Below, piece by piece: positions 44,806 through 55,181 of a stretch of DNA of 64,000 bases. The stretch spans positions 3,107 to 67,106 of the forward strand of contig PHAZ01000001.1 in assembly GCA_002841825.1 (NCBI GenBank). Direction: 5' to 3'. The position numbers were made by a program, and so were the translations under genes. Within the stretch, counting starts at the first letter, position 1. The number at the start of each line of letters is the position of its first letter. Under the pieces are notes generated by a model that had not been told where the DNA came from, searched no databases, and saw only the letters and a program-made list of their open reading frames with translations. The stretch is from Deltaproteobacteria bacterium HGW-Deltaproteobacteria-22. Lineage in GTDB: Bacteria; Myxococcota_A; Polyangia; HGW-17.

Positions 44806-47775
44806 TCAGGTGCGGGCGAGCAGATCTTCGACGGTGCTGGCGACCACGTAGCGGGCTGCGGAACCTTCATGCGCTTCCAGGGCGTGGAAGTGCGCACGAC
44901 CGCAGGCGATTTTTCCCTGTTCCTGCTGACGCAAATCTTCCACGAACAGGCTGCCCTTGGTCTCCACCACGAAGTAGAGCCGCTGCTGGTTCTCGGTTTC
45001 CACGAGCACCGCCCAGTCGGGATTGTACCCACCCAGCGGCGTGGGGATGGAGAACCACCCCGGAAGTTTCGCGTACACCCGGACGGCAGTGTTGCTTTCA
45101 AGCCCACGGGCAAAATCCGCCTCCACCTGCGAGTCGTACACGATCTCCTCCGTGGCCGACTTCTTCGTGACGAGAAGATTACGCAGGTAGCCGCTGAGCT
45201 CCTCCTGCTCGAACAATTCCTGGGCGTAGTAGCTCGCATCACCGATGCGTTGATACCGAATACCATCGACAATGGCGGAACGCTTGCACCGAGCGATGAC
45301 CTCCACCGCGAGTTCGATGAACTTCTGGGGATTGCGCTTGAAATCTCCCAGCCGGCTGCAGCGCTGCAGGATGCGGCAGAGGGTGCGGCGCGTGAGCTGG
45401 GTGCGGTTCTGCATCTCCGTAAGGATGTCCGGCAGCTCCAGACCGCCCTCCTCCAGATGGACGGTGGTATCGGCATTCAGATGGGTGGGCGTCACGCCGG
45501 CCCTTCCAATGGTTAAATCCGCCTTGCGCCACTGCATATTTACGCGCGCAATGGCAGGTGCGTTCTCGATGGCCAGCGCGCACGCCTCGATCAACTGTTC
45601 GTTGTCGAAGTCCAGGCGGTAGGTGGTCTTGAATTTGATACGATCCCACAACTCCTTGAATTCCTGGCTCTGCAGCACGGCCTGGCGAGGCTGGACGCGC
45701 CTTCGTTCGTCGGCGTTTTTCACGTCCAGGCGTCCGGCCAGTTTTTTTAACATGGCAGTAATAGGCTCCCGGGAGGCGAGGAAGCGCTCCGGCAGCTGCA
45801 ATCTTCCGGAAGCCAGCACCTGTCTGAGCTTGTCCGTCACGCGTCCCTGCGCGTCGATGAAGCCCTCCGCCAACAGGAACTCCCACAACTGGCCTGATGG
45901 CTCCCGCCCCAGTGCGGTGGTCACACCATCGCTTCCGGTCACGGGAAGGGCGGCGAACTGGTCCTTTTCCACCACGCCGAAGCGGATGCCGGTGTCCTGT
46001 TCGATTTCCTTCTGAAGGTTCTCGGCGAAGCGTTCGTAGCTCTCCCGTGCCACCACGGTCAGCGTGTTGATCTCGAATCCACGCACACGCTGGCCTTCCT
46101 GGTTCACGCAAAGGCGCAGTCCGCGGCCGATGGTCTGCCGACGCTCCCGCTCCGAACGCATGTCACGCAGCGCGCAAATCTGGAACACGTTGGGACTGTC
46201 CCAGCCTTCCCGCAGCGCGGAATGGGAGAAGATGAACTTCAGCGGCGTGTTCAAATCGAGCAGCCGCTCCTTGTCCTTCATGATGAGGTTGTAGGCGCGC
46301 TCTGCGTTCTCCCTGTTGGTCTGGTTGCTCTCGGTGGTGTCCGACCACCCACCCTTGCGGTCGATGGAAAAATACCCGTCGTGAACATCCCGGGCGACAT
46401 GGGTCTGATCCACCTCACCAAAGAGCGAGGCGAAGTCAGGATGCCGGGCTGCACGCAGGTATTCCTCCTCGAAGATCGTGGCGTACACACCGGCAACCGC
46501 CTGCCCCTGTTCGTCGTATTGGCGATACCGAGATACCTGGTCGATGAAGAACAGGGACAGCACTTTAATGCCCTGTGGCCGGAGCCGTTTCTCCTTCTCC
46601 AGGTGCTCCCGGATGGTCCGTCGGATCATCTGCCGGTGAACGGCCAGATCGTCCACATCTCCTTCGACCTCGCCGGGACGAAGGAAGACATCTTTTCCCG
46701 GACAGTTCAGTTCCATGAACTCTTTGCCTTTAGCCGCGCGCAGCTCCCCTACGCGGTAGTTTGCGTACAGGGCACGCCCCGTGGTCTGCTCCAGATCATC
46801 TCCGGCCTGCAGCGTCACTTCCATGCGCTGCACGCTGCTCTTCTTCTGCACGTCGAGTTCCACGCGAGCCCGGATTTCACCCTTGCGCGCATCCACACGA
46901 ACCAATCGCACGTAGGGCTTGTTGTATGCGTCCTCCACGGTCGCGGCCGCCACCTCGATTTGTTTGACGAGCTTGCGTTCGTAGGCGTCGACGGCGTCGA
47001 GTCGATATACCATCGCATGCTTGTCTGCATGGGTGGCCGAATACCGCAGCGTGCACATCGGGGACATGGCTCCCAGCGCCTCCTTGCCGCGTCCCTCCAG
47101 TCCACCGTCCACGCTCTGCGGCTCATCCACGATCAACACCGGTCGCGTGGCGCGGATCAGGTCGATGGGCTTTTCCCCGCCCGTCTTCTCACTCTCCTTG
47201 TACAGGTTGTTGACGTCCTTCTTGTTGATGGCGCCCACCGTCACGACCATGATCTGGATATGCGGACTCGTGGCGAAGTTCCGGACCTGTCCGAGCTTGG
47301 ACGAATCGTACAGAAAGTACTCGTAATGCACGCCGGCGTAGAGTCCCTTGAAGTGCTCCTCCGTGATCTGCAGCGACTTGTACACGCCTTCCTTGATGGC
47401 GATCGACGGCACCACGATGACGAACTTGGTGAACCCGAAGCGCAGATTCAACTCGAAGATCGTGCGCAGATAGACGTAGGTCTTGCCCGTGCCCGTCTCC
47501 ATCTCCACCGTGAAATCTCCGGCACCCAGATCCACCGAAGGAGCCAGTCCGTTGTGGAGCTGGACCTCGTGCAGGTTCTTCATCAGTTCGTCATCGAGCA
47601 GCGTCAGCCGGTTCCCAATGCCCAGGCCGCTCTCGAACACGTTCTCCATCCGTCCCACGGCGGCCCGCGTGACGGTGAACTCGGTGCGACAGACTTCCTG
47701 GCCCCGGAAGAGCCCGCATACCGCGTCGACAGCCTGCAGTTGGTAGTCCAGTTGGGGCTCGAAGTGCAGCTTCAT
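44806..47775 (-). CDS. res: Type III restriction endonuclease subunit Res
   Basis: EMETGTGKTYVY, DEPQ, RYSATH, LREGWDSPNVFQIC, QTIGRGLRL, C-terminal YNPDW...VVETKG nuclease motif. Confidence 0.95.
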   Translation of the reverse strand: MKLHFEPQLDYQLQAVDAVCGLFRGQEVCRTEFTVTRAAVGRMENVFESGLGIGNRLTLLDDELMKNLHEVQLHNGLAPSVDLGAGDFTVEMETGTGKTYVYLRTIFELNLRFGFTKFVIVVPSIAIKEGVYKSLQITEEHFKGLYAGVHYEYFLYDSSKLGQVRNFATSPHIQIMVVTVGAINKKDVNNLYKESEKTGGEKPIDLIRATRPVLIVDEPQSVDGGLEGRGKEALGAMSPMCTLRYSATHADKHAMVYRLDAVDAYERKLVKQIEVAAATVEDAYNKPYVRLVRVDARKGEIRARVELDVQKKSSVQRMEVTLQAGDDLEQTTGRALYANYRVGELRAAKGKEFMELNCPGKDVFLRPGEVEGDVDDLAVHRQMIRRTIREHLEKEKRLRPQGIKVLSLFFIDQVSRYRQYDEQGQAVAGVYATIFEEEYLRAARHPDFASLFGEVDQTHVARDVHDGYFSIDRKGGWSDTTESNQTNRENAERAYNLIMKDKERLLDLNTPLKFIFSHSALREGWDSPNVFQICALRDMRSERERRQTIGRGLRLCVNQEGQRVRGFEINTLTVVARESYERFAENLQKEIEQDTGIRFGVVEKDQFAALPVTGSDGVTTALGREPSGQLWEFLLAEGFIDAQGRVTDKLRQVLASGRLQLPERFLASREPITAMLKKLAGRLDVKNADERRRVQPRQAVLQSQEFKELWDRIKFKTTYRLDFDNEQLIEACALAIENAPAIARVNMQWRKADLTIGRAGVTPTHLNADTTVHLEEGGLELPDILTEMQNRTQLTRRTLCRILQRCSRLGDFKRNPQKFIELAVEVIARCKRSAIVDGIRYQRIGDASYYAQELFEQEELSGYLRNLLVTKKSATEEIVYDSQVEADFARGLESNTAVRVYAKLPGWFSIPTPLGGYNPDWAVLVETENQQRLYFVVETKGSLFVEDLRQQEQGKIACGRAHFHALEAHEGSAARYVVASTVEDLLART

Positions 47776-48191
47776 GATTCGTCCCCAGCGATGGAGCGTC
47801 GCAGGATGGCCGCCCGCTCGGACTCGATGAGCAGCATCGATAGATTAAGAAATGCCCGAAAATCGAAGATCGCCAGCACGGTCGTTTTGGTAACGAAATT
47901 CGTTTCGTCACCAAAATGACCCTGAAGGCATAGCTTGAACGATTTCAATCGGGTGCCGCGCAGGACCTCGTAGCCGTTTTTGGTCAACTCCTCGCCGTAT
48001 CTATCCAGATAGTTGTCGATGGTCCGAGGGGTCACCTCGAAGAAAGCGGCGACTTGTTCCTTCAAGACCACGGTCTTTCCCTCGAAGGGAATTCCCTGGA
48101 TACCCGCGGCCTTCTCAATCTCCGAAAGCGCGTAGGGGTTGTTCAGGATGTTCTGGCGATCGATCTCCGAGGAGGTCAGGTCCTTTCCCAT
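47772..48191 (-). CDS. RM-associated putative DNA-binding protein, probably C-terminally truncated (139 aa)
   Basis: MGKDLTSSEIDRQNILNN...VAAFFEVTPRTIDNY...NGYEVLRG...FRAFLNLSMLLIESERA; coupled to mod and res. Confidence 0.6.
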   Translation of the reverse strand: MGKDLTSSEIDRQNILNNPYALSEIEKAAGIQGIPFEGKTVVLKEQVAAFFEVTPRTIDNYLDRYGEELTKNGYEVLRGTRLKSFKLCLQGHFGDETNFVTKTTVLAIFDFRAFLNLSMLLIESERAAILRRSIAGDES

Positions 48192-48193
48192 GG

Positions 48194-50113
48194 TTACAAA
48201 CTCCTCACGTTGGTGACGCCGTGCTGCAGCAGGATCGCCGACAAGTTGACCTTGGCGACATCGTCGACGAACGCACCATCGCGAAAGACGCAAGTCGGAT
48301 CTCCAGCGGTGCCCAACTCCCGTCGCCAGCCCACGATGCCCAGCGCCAGGGGTTCGATCTGCTCCCGGGAGATCTTTTCCGCCAGACAGGTCACCAGCGT
48401 ACCGCCGCCGATGGCGCTGACTTCCAGTCCGGCGATGGTTCTTTTCTGTAGGGGTACGCACAGGTCCAGACCCAGCTTGAGCAGGACTTCGTAGAGCAGA
48501 TCCTGCTCCGTGCGTCCGGGTTTGACGTGCTCGACGGCATCCAGCAGCGAGCGTTCCAGGTCGCGATGATCCGGGTCCCACTCCCGCAGGTTGGTGGCGT
48601 CGAGTTTGAACACGCGGAAACCAAGGTCAGGAGGCACCGGTTTCATCCCTTCGCTTTCCGAGAAGAGGTCACCCTGACGAGTACTCTCTGTCGCTTGCAG
48701 CTCTTCGGTAATCTTCTTTCCCGCTCGCCGCAGACGCTCCTTGGTGATATCGGAGATATTAACTATGGATTCCGAGATCCTTTCCTTTAGTGGCTCTTGC
48801 AGTTGAATAATAATGAATCTTTTATTTAGATTACTTGAAAGGTTCTGTGCCATTACTGCGTGGGCTGTCGTTCCAGATCCAGCAAAAAAATCAAGAACTA
48901 TCCCTTCTTCATCTGGGGAGAAGGCTAGTTGAATCATTCTACTAATAAGCAATGTAGGTTTTGGCGTGTCAAAAGATTCACTTTCGGGGAATAGTGCTCT
49001 CATCTGATTTTTCGAGGTTCGATTGCTCCCAACATCTTCTTTTCGCCAAAGCGTCCGAGGAGTGAGATCTCCGACTTCAGTAAGGTATCTTTTTATACTA
49101 GGTCGCGCGTCATTAGTTGGTCCCCACCAGATTCTGCCGTCAGAATCCAGTTCTTGAAGTTTTTCTTCTGAGATTCTCCAAAATCTTCCAGGTGGGGGTG
49201 AGAAAGTTCGCCCCGTTGGGCCTTTCACAGAATATTTTCCTTTGGAATAAGGCTTATTTGCGTAGGGATCACCGGGCAGCCATTCTCCACGAGGATCATT
49301 ATCTGGATTATTGTAAATGGAATTAGCCTCTTCTGTGCGAGGTAAGCGGGATGGTACCCATTCAGGTGATTTTGAATAAACAATTAGGAAATCATGGTCT
49401 TCGGAAAATTGACGTGCTGTATTTCTCGGTGAATCGGCTTTTTCCCAAATCACGGTAGCGACGAAATTCTCAGAACCAAAAATGTCATCCATAATCATCC
49501 GCAGGTTCGCCACTTCGTTGTCGTCGATGCTGACGAAGATCACGCCGTCGTCTCGCAACAGAGTGCGGGCCAGCTTCAGGCGCGGATACATCATGTTCAG
49601 CCAGTCCGTGTGGAAACGTCCGCTGGCTTCGGTGTTGGAGGAGATTTTCTTCCCACCCTCGACCTGTCCCGTCAACTCCAGGTAGTTGCGGATGCTGTCC
49701 TGGAAGTTGTCCGGATACACGAAGTCCTTGCCGGTGTTGTAGGGCGGATCGATGTAGATCAACTTCACGCGACCGGCGTAGCTCTTCTGCAGCAACTTGA
49801 GCACTTCGAGGTTGTCGCCCTCGATTAGCACGTTCTGGGTGGTGTCCCAGTCCACGCTGTCTTCAGGACAAGGCCGCAAGGTACCCGTGGAGGGTAAAAG
49901 CGCTGCCTGTCGTGCCTGCCGTTTGCCGAACCAGTTCAGTCCGAACTTCTCCTCCCGATCCTCGACGCGACCTCCCAGTAGTTGACGCAGCACCTCGAAG
50001 TCGACCTTCCCTTCGACGAAGGCCTCCGGAAACAAAGCGCGCAACTGCTCCAGGTTCTCTGTCACGAGCTCCAGGGAGTGCGTCATCGGGTCGGTGGGTT
50101 CGATTTTCTTCAT
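48194..50113 (-). CDS. mod: Type III RM adenine methyltransferase Mod
   Basis: IEGDNLEVLKLL, IYIDPPYNTG, WLNMMYPRL, TPKP, LDFFAGSGTT (beta-class motif order). Confidence 0.95.
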   Translation of the reverse strand: MKKIEPTDPMTHSLELVTENLEQLRALFPEAFVEGKVDFEVLRQLLGGRVEDREEKFGLNWFGKRQARQAALLPSTGTLRPCPEDSVDWDTTQNVLIEGDNLEVLKLLQKSYAGRVKLIYIDPPYNTGKDFVYPDNFQDSIRNYLELTGQVEGGKKISSNTEASGRFHTDWLNMMYPRLKLARTLLRDDGVIFVSIDDNEVANLRMIMDDIFGSENFVATVIWEKADSPRNTARQFSEDHDFLIVYSKSPEWVPSRLPRTEEANSIYNNPDNDPRGEWLPGDPYANKPYSKGKYSVKGPTGRTFSPPPGRFWRISEEKLQELDSDGRIWWGPTNDARPSIKRYLTEVGDLTPRTLWRKEDVGSNRTSKNQMRALFPESESFDTPKPTLLISRMIQLAFSPDEEGIVLDFFAGSGTTAHAVMAQNLSSNLNKRFIIIQLQEPLKERISESIVNISDITKERLRRAGKKITEELQATESTRQGDLFSESEGMKPVPPDLGFRVFKLDATNLREWDPDHRDLERSLLDAVEHVKPGRTEQDLLYEVLLKLGLDLCVPLQKRTIAGLEVSAIGGGTLVTCLAEKISREQIEPLALGIVGWRRELGTAGDPTCVFRDGAFVDDVAKVNLSAILLQHGVTNVRSL

Positions 50114-50136
50114 CGTGTTGACTCCATGCTACGGGC

Positions 50137-50907
50137 TTACAAACGGCGCTTCCACATTTCCAGTTCCCGCTGCGCCTGCGCCAACTCGTCATTGAGCTGC
50201 ACCTGGCGGGCGATCTGCTTTTCCCGACGGGCAGCGGATCGAAGCCGGGTCATCATGCTACCGATTCGCGCCACCTCCCGCAATGCTTCTTCTCGTTCCC
50301 TGGCCCGCTCGGGAGTGGCGCAGATCGAGAAGTTCCCCAGGATGCGGGCAGTCTGCAGGGCCAGCAGAGCATCGATCCAGCTCTGATACAGTTGGTGCAT
50401 GTGCATGCGCCGCTGGTTTCCCAAGGCCAGACTGCCACGGAAATCCAGCAGGAAAGGCGCGTCGGGATCGGTGATGGAGCCCACGGTCACGACCTTGCCG
50501 TCAAGCACCGTTCGGGAAGGATCCTGGAGGGCACGTCGGATGTGCACCGCCGATAACTGGGTGCAGTCGGCCTGCTCGGTGAGCAGCAGCACCGGATAGG
50601 GAACGGACCGATGCACGCGTTCCACCATGCGTCCGATCCGTGCTTGCGGACGAAGCGACAGGTGCAGCACGGCGATCTCCTGGTAGTCTCGCGCAGATTC
50701 GCGATAAGCAGGAACGCCGATGGTGGTGGGCTTGAGCGTGGCCAGCCAGAACAGGGCGACAACACCTTCCGAGATAGCCTTGCGATCCGCCGGGGAAAAG
50801 ACTGCATTTTCCAACAGCAATTTCTTTGGAATGCGCAGGTTCAATCGACACGTGTCCGGAAGATCCAGCGCCGCTACGAGATCGTCGGAGTTGAAGATCT
50901 CCTTCAC
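50137..50907 (-). CDS. DUF4391-like protein
   Basis: RIPKK...YQEIAVL...VHRSVPYP...REKQIARQVQLN; typical position between the SNF2 helicase and mod. Confidence 0.75.
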   Translation of the reverse strand: MKEIFNSDDLVAALDLPDTCRLNLRIPKKLLLENAVFSPADRKAISEGVVALFWLATLKPTTIGVPAYRESARDYQEIAVLHLSLRPQARIGRMVERVHRSVPYPVLLLTEQADCTQLSAVHIRRALQDPSRTVLDGKVVTVGSITDPDAPFLLDFRGSLALGNQRRMHMHQLYQSWIDALLALQTARILGNFSICATPERAREREEALREVARIGSMMTRLRSAARREKQIARQVQLNDELAQAQRELEMWKRRL

Positions 50908-53900
50908 TGCGGTTTTCCTCGATCGTCTTCGTCGGAAAGCACTACCAAAAAGGCGAGCACCTCGAAGTCCTGGCTGCCGGAGAATTCCCCGGTGACTGCG
51001 TGCGTGCCCCCCGGTGAGAACAGACTGGCTGCGGCCTTCTCTTCGCTCTTTCCTGCGATGGAGGCAATGGCAGCAGAGAGCGCACGCTGGGCCTTGCGCA
51101 TGTCGAAGCCGTTCTTTGTTTCTCGATCAAAACGGTTGACCGCGCCCGCATCCACAAGGTCGCGGCCGATGCACAGCCGTTTGATGCGATCCAGGAGTTT
51201 CTTCGTCTGGGTGTAAGGCAACACTACGGTGCCATCATCGGTCACGTGCACGAGGAAGTGCGGTGCCAGCGGATACCCGTCGGAAGAGAACCGTGAGGCG
51301 GCAGGTCCCTCAGCGCGCAGGCAGAACAGGAAACCAGGTGGGATGTCGATCTCATGCGTCGTGGTGACGGCAAACGAACCGAAGGGGGCACTGTCGAGCG
51401 TTCCGGGATGGGCCTTCAGATGGCGCGCCAGATCGATGCGGAAATCCGTGAGCGTGAGATCGGCGATGGAAACGCCGGAGGAAAGATCCTCCAGGTCGAT
51501 GACGGCATCCTGAAGCTTGAGTAGCTGCTTGCGCCGGTATTCCAGATCGTTCATCTGGTTGCCGACCGCAGCCTGGATGAGGTTCTCCTCGCCCGTGGCG
51601 GAGATGTCCAGCAGCACCATGCGTCCGCCGACGCGCTGTTCCAGGTTGATGTACTCTTCGAGCTCCATGTTGGGCCAGAAGTTGATCAACTGGATACGGT
51701 CGTTGGGGCTGCCGATGCGGTCGATGCGGCCGAACCGCTGGATGATGCGCACGGGGTTCCAGTGGATGTCGTAATTGATGAGCGTGTCGCAGTCCTGCAG
51801 GTTCTGTCCTTCGGAAATGCAATCGGTGGCGATGAGCAGATCGAGCTCCCCTTCATCGGCTAGAGCTTCCGGCCGTTCCTTGGAACGCGGCGAGAAGGCC
51901 GTGAGAATGTTGGCCAGCTCACGGCGGAGTTTGGGCAGCGTCGTCTGGTTGGTGCCGGCACCGGTCACCAGGGCGCTTTCAATCTGATGCGTCTGTTTGG
52001 CCCAGGTGGCCAGATGTTCGTAGAGATAGCGGGCCGTATCCGCGAAGGCGGTGAAGACGATGACCTTCCGATTGCCGTGATTGACCGGATGCTTGAGCTT
52101 GTGCTCGATGACGCCTTTGAGGTTCGCCAGCTTCGCGTCTCGTGCAGCATCCACCTGATGCGCGGCCTGCACGAGCGTGGACAGGCGGTTGCGATCCTCG
52201 ATGAGATCCTGCCTCCAGCGGATAAGGTCCACATCGTGGAGGAGTACTTTAATCTTGCGACCCACGAGCTGGCTCTCGAACTCGGGATCCTCGATGTCCA
52301 TTTCCTCGATGTCGATGGCTTCCACCTCCTCGCTGGTGGGCTGCTGTTCGATGCGGTCGAGCATGGCTTCCACGTCGTCGAGTTGTCGCTGCATGGTGAG
52401 CTGGAAGGACGTGACGGAACTTTCCATCCGCTTGAGTGCGTTGATGCGGATCAATTGAATGAGACTGTCCTCACGGTCCTTCTGACGGAAAAAACCTTCG
52501 CCGCTGCTGAGCACGGTGCTGTACTTGCGATCGTAGGACTCCTGCCGGTGTGCCAGCACGTATCGCAGCGGTGCGTAGGCCGCCAGGTGCAGGTGTCGGA
52601 TCTCCGAGTTGATCGCGGCGATGGGAGGAAACACGCCGGCGTTGTCGACATCGGCCTTGATGTTGATCGGGGTCAAGCGATCCGGAAAACGGCCCGTCTC
52701 CTCGATGCCGTAGTACTTCTCGATGTGCTTGCGGGAGCGTGCAATTGTGAGCAGATCCAGCAGGGTGAAGTAGTCGAAGCCCAGCATGTCCACCAGGCGC
52801 AAGGGAGTCCGTTCTGCCTCGTCCAGTGTGAGCCAGCGATTGAACTGCTTCTGCGCGATGCGGGTGGTGGTGTCGATGCTGGCGATCCCATACTCCTCCA
52901 GGGCGGTGTCCTTGCCCTCAGTGGCGAACGCGATCTGGTTGCGCAAATCGGCCAGGCGGTTGTTCACGGGAGTGGCCGAGAGCATCAGCACGCGCGTCTT
53001 CACGCCTTCCTGGATAAGCTTGCGCATCAACTTGCCGTAGCGGGTTTCCCCGTCCATGTGCGGCGTGCGGCGATTGCGGAAGTTGTGCGACTCGTCGATG
53101 ACCACGAGGTCGTAGTTGCCCCAGTTGATGTGCGCGAGATTGATATCGCCGGAGATACCACCATCGCGCGAAAGGTCCGTGTGATTGAGCACGTCGTAAG
53201 AGAGACGATCTGCAGCGAGGATGTTGCGACAGTCGTTGGCCTTGTAAATCGTCCAGTTGTCACGCAGACGTTTGGGACACAGCACCAGCACCCGATCGTT
53301 GCGCAGCTCATGGTACTTGATGATGGCCAGCGCCTCGAAGGTCTTTCCCAGACCGACGCTGTCGGCGATGATGCAACCGCCGTGACGTTCGAGCTTGTCG
53401 ATGGCACCGATGACACCATCCCGCTGGAATTTGTAGAGCTTCTTCCAGACCATGGTGTTGCGGATGCCGGTGGCCGATTTGATGATGCGATCCTCGTCGA
53501 GATCGTCCTGCCTGTCAGAGAACAGATGGAACAGCATCAGCGCATACAGGGAGGTGGGATCGCGTGGGGTGGCGATATCCTGTAACGCCTGTAGCAGAGC
53601 CTGCGAATTAGTTCCGTCGGAACGTCGCGCATTCCACTGCGCCTCAAACCATTGGGCCACGGAGTCCGCTTCTTCGCTAGTCTGGGAAGCCTGGATCAAA
53701 TTCATGGGATTGCCCGGCGTCAAACCTAGGCCGTCGGTCGAAAACGACAAGGTTCCCGACAGTGCCAGAACCGGCTTTCCATCTGGGTTTGAAACGACCC
53801 AGGTGCCCTGCGGGATCGCTCCCTGCGCAAATCGAAACTCCACCTGCGAGGATGTCAACCAAGCCATACAATGGTTCGCCCAATGCCGCAACTGCAGCCG

Positions 53901-54125
53901 GTTTCGTGCCGGCCGATCCGCCTCGCTTCCCGTCAGCGCCAGTGCATCCATTTCCTCAGGCAACAGCAGGCGGCATTGCGCCAGGTCTGAAAGTCGCTTC
54001 ACCATTTCCGCAAAGGCCAGAAGCGACAACCGTGATGTCACGACATCCAACCGATTTCCGACTTCCAGCGCCGACGCCAGGTGATCCATGACGCGGTCGC
54101 TTCCGACATTGCGCACGATTCTCAT
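50904..54125 (-). CDS. SNF2-family helicase with a degenerate PLD-like N-terminus
   Basis: IADSVGLGKT, DESHNFRN, LSATP, ISEGQNLQ, WNPVRIIQRFGRIDRIG. Confidence 0.9.
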   Translation of the reverse strand: MRIVRNVGSDRVMDHLASALEVGNRLDVVTSRLSLLAFAEMVKRLSDLAQCRLLLPEEMDALALTGSEADRPARNRLQLRHWANHCMAWLTSSQVEFRFAQGAIPQGTWVVSNPDGKPVLALSGTLSFSTDGLGLTPGNPMNLIQASQTSEEADSVAQWFEAQWNARRSDGTNSQALLQALQDIATPRDPTSLYALMLFHLFSDRQDDLDEDRIIKSATGIRNTMVWKKLYKFQRDGVIGAIDKLERHGGCIIADSVGLGKTFEALAIIKYHELRNDRVLVLCPKRLRDNWTIYKANDCRNILAADRLSYDVLNHTDLSRDGGISGDINLAHINWGNYDLVVIDESHNFRNRRTPHMDGETRYGKLMRKLIQEGVKTRVLMLSATPVNNRLADLRNQIAFATEGKDTALEEYGIASIDTTTRIAQKQFNRWLTLDEAERTPLRLVDMLGFDYFTLLDLLTIARSRKHIEKYYGIEETGRFPDRLTPINIKADVDNAGVFPPIAAINSEIRHLHLAAYAPLRYVLAHRQESYDRKYSTVLSSGEGFFRQKDREDSLIQLIRINALKRMESSVTSFQLTMQRQLDDVEAMLDRIEQQPTSEEVEAIDIEEMDIEDPEFESQLVGRKIKVLLHDVDLIRWRQDLIEDRNRLSTLVQAAHQVDAARDAKLANLKGVIEHKLKHPVNHGNRKVIVFTAFADTARYLYEHLATWAKQTHQIESALVTGAGTNQTTLPKLRRELANILTAFSPRSKERPEALADEGELDLLIATDCISEGQNLQDCDTLINYDIHWNPVRIIQRFGRIDRIGSPNDRIQLINFWPNMELEEYINLEQRVGGRMVLLDISATGEENLIQAAVGNQMNDLEYRRKQLLKLQDAVIDLEDLSSGVSIADLTLTDFRIDLARHLKAHPGTLDSAPFGSFAVTTTHEIDIPPGFLFCLRAEGPAASRFSSDGYPLAPHFLVHVTDDGTVVLPYTQTKKLLDRIKRLCIGRDLVDAGAVNRFDRETKNGFDMRKAQRALSAAIASIAGKSEEKAAASLFSPGGTHAVTGEFSGSQDFEVLAFLVVLSDEDDRGKPQ

Positions 54126-54537
54126 GTTGGACTCCTTGGATGGTCGACCATTTCATTCGCAGCCACCTGCAGCGGCTCCTTCCGGAGTATGGCAGAGGGG
54201 AGAAAAAGTCAAGGATTGGTGGGTCTCATTGCAAGCACAACGAAGACACCACCCAGCAGGTGGACAGTCTGTGGTTCATGATCCCTGAATGGGAGTAAAA
54301 GTCCTTGGCTCTTGTTTCCGAAATTTTCAACTTGACCCTTCAATAAATTTTACTAGTATTGCTTTATAGCCATTTGTCCACTTGTACTTAGAATTTTTTA
54401 CTGTCAGCTAATATTGGTCATTGGTGTTAAATGGAGCTGGTTCATACAGAAACACGGAGTCAACTTTTTCCATATGATCGCGTTAGCATTGATCGTCCTT
54501 TACACGATGAGTTAAAAATTCTCACGGGAGTGTGTGC

Positions 54538-54810
54538 ATGCCTACTTTAATTAGCCCAAATACCCTACCGCGTGGCACGGTTGCCTATAACATGCTATCC
54601 AAATTCAAGGATCTACTTCAAGCAAAGCAAAGGCACCGTATCGTCGTTACGACACCTGACTACTATCAGATCGAAATTCTGTGGGGACTATTCAGTCTGG
54701 AGAAAGGTGAAAAGAGAGAGTTTCTCATTGAAGGTGGACCAGAGTTCTGCGCGGCAGTTCTCCAGTCGCTGCGGTCTGATGCTAAGATCCTGAAACTCTT
54801 GGAGCAGTAA
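54538..54810 (+). CDS. Small hypothetical protein
   Basis: ~90-aa ORF after GGAG in the AT-rich islet. Confidence 0.5.
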   Translation: MPTLISPNTLPRGTVAYNMLSKFKDLLQAKQRHRIVVTTPDYYQIEILWGLFSLEKGEKREFLIEGGPEFCAAVLQSLRSDAKILKLLEQ

Positions 54811-54842
54811 CCGAGTTATGTATCGGGAAAAAGGAGTTGCTC

Positions 54843-54995
54843 ATGCGAAAATTCACCGTAATAGCGGTATTGATTTCCATTTTAGCGGCCATTTCGCTTA
54901 CTGCTTGCCCACCTGGTGGTGATGACGAGGCCACAAAGCGCGGCGGAGGGGGAAAGCAACAGCCCTACAATCCAAATGACGGACGCTATAAATAA
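54843..54995 (+). CDS. 50-aa lipoprotein (not in the ORF track)
   Basis: AAGGAG RBS; MRKFTVIAVLISILAAISLTAC-PPGGDDEATKRGGGGKQQPYNPNDGRYK; lipobox LTAC. Confidence 0.7.
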   Translation: MRKFTVIAVLISILAAISLTACPPGGDDEATKRGGGGKQQPYNPNDGRYK

Positions 54996-55006
54996 GGAGG
55001 TTGAAA

Positions 55007-55150
55007 ATGTGGACATTGGTTCTTGCAGATGAGTGGCTGTTTGGCTGGAGTAGGGGAATGTGGAAGGTCATGGCTATTATTATCATTGTTATCTTTATTC
55101 TCACTCGCGGAAAAATGACCTTTAAGGACGACGATAATGATGAAGAATAG
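55007..55150 (+). CDS. 47-aa single-TM protein (not in the ORF track)
   Basis: TAAGGAGG RBS; MWTLVLADEWLFGWSRGMWKVMAIIIIVIFILTRGKMTFKDDDNDEE. Confidence 0.65.
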   Translation: MWTLVLADEWLFGWSRGMWKVMAIIIIVIFILTRGKMTFKDDDNDEE

Positions 55151-55181
55151 CTAATATAAACAACATATGGGAGCAGGAAAC

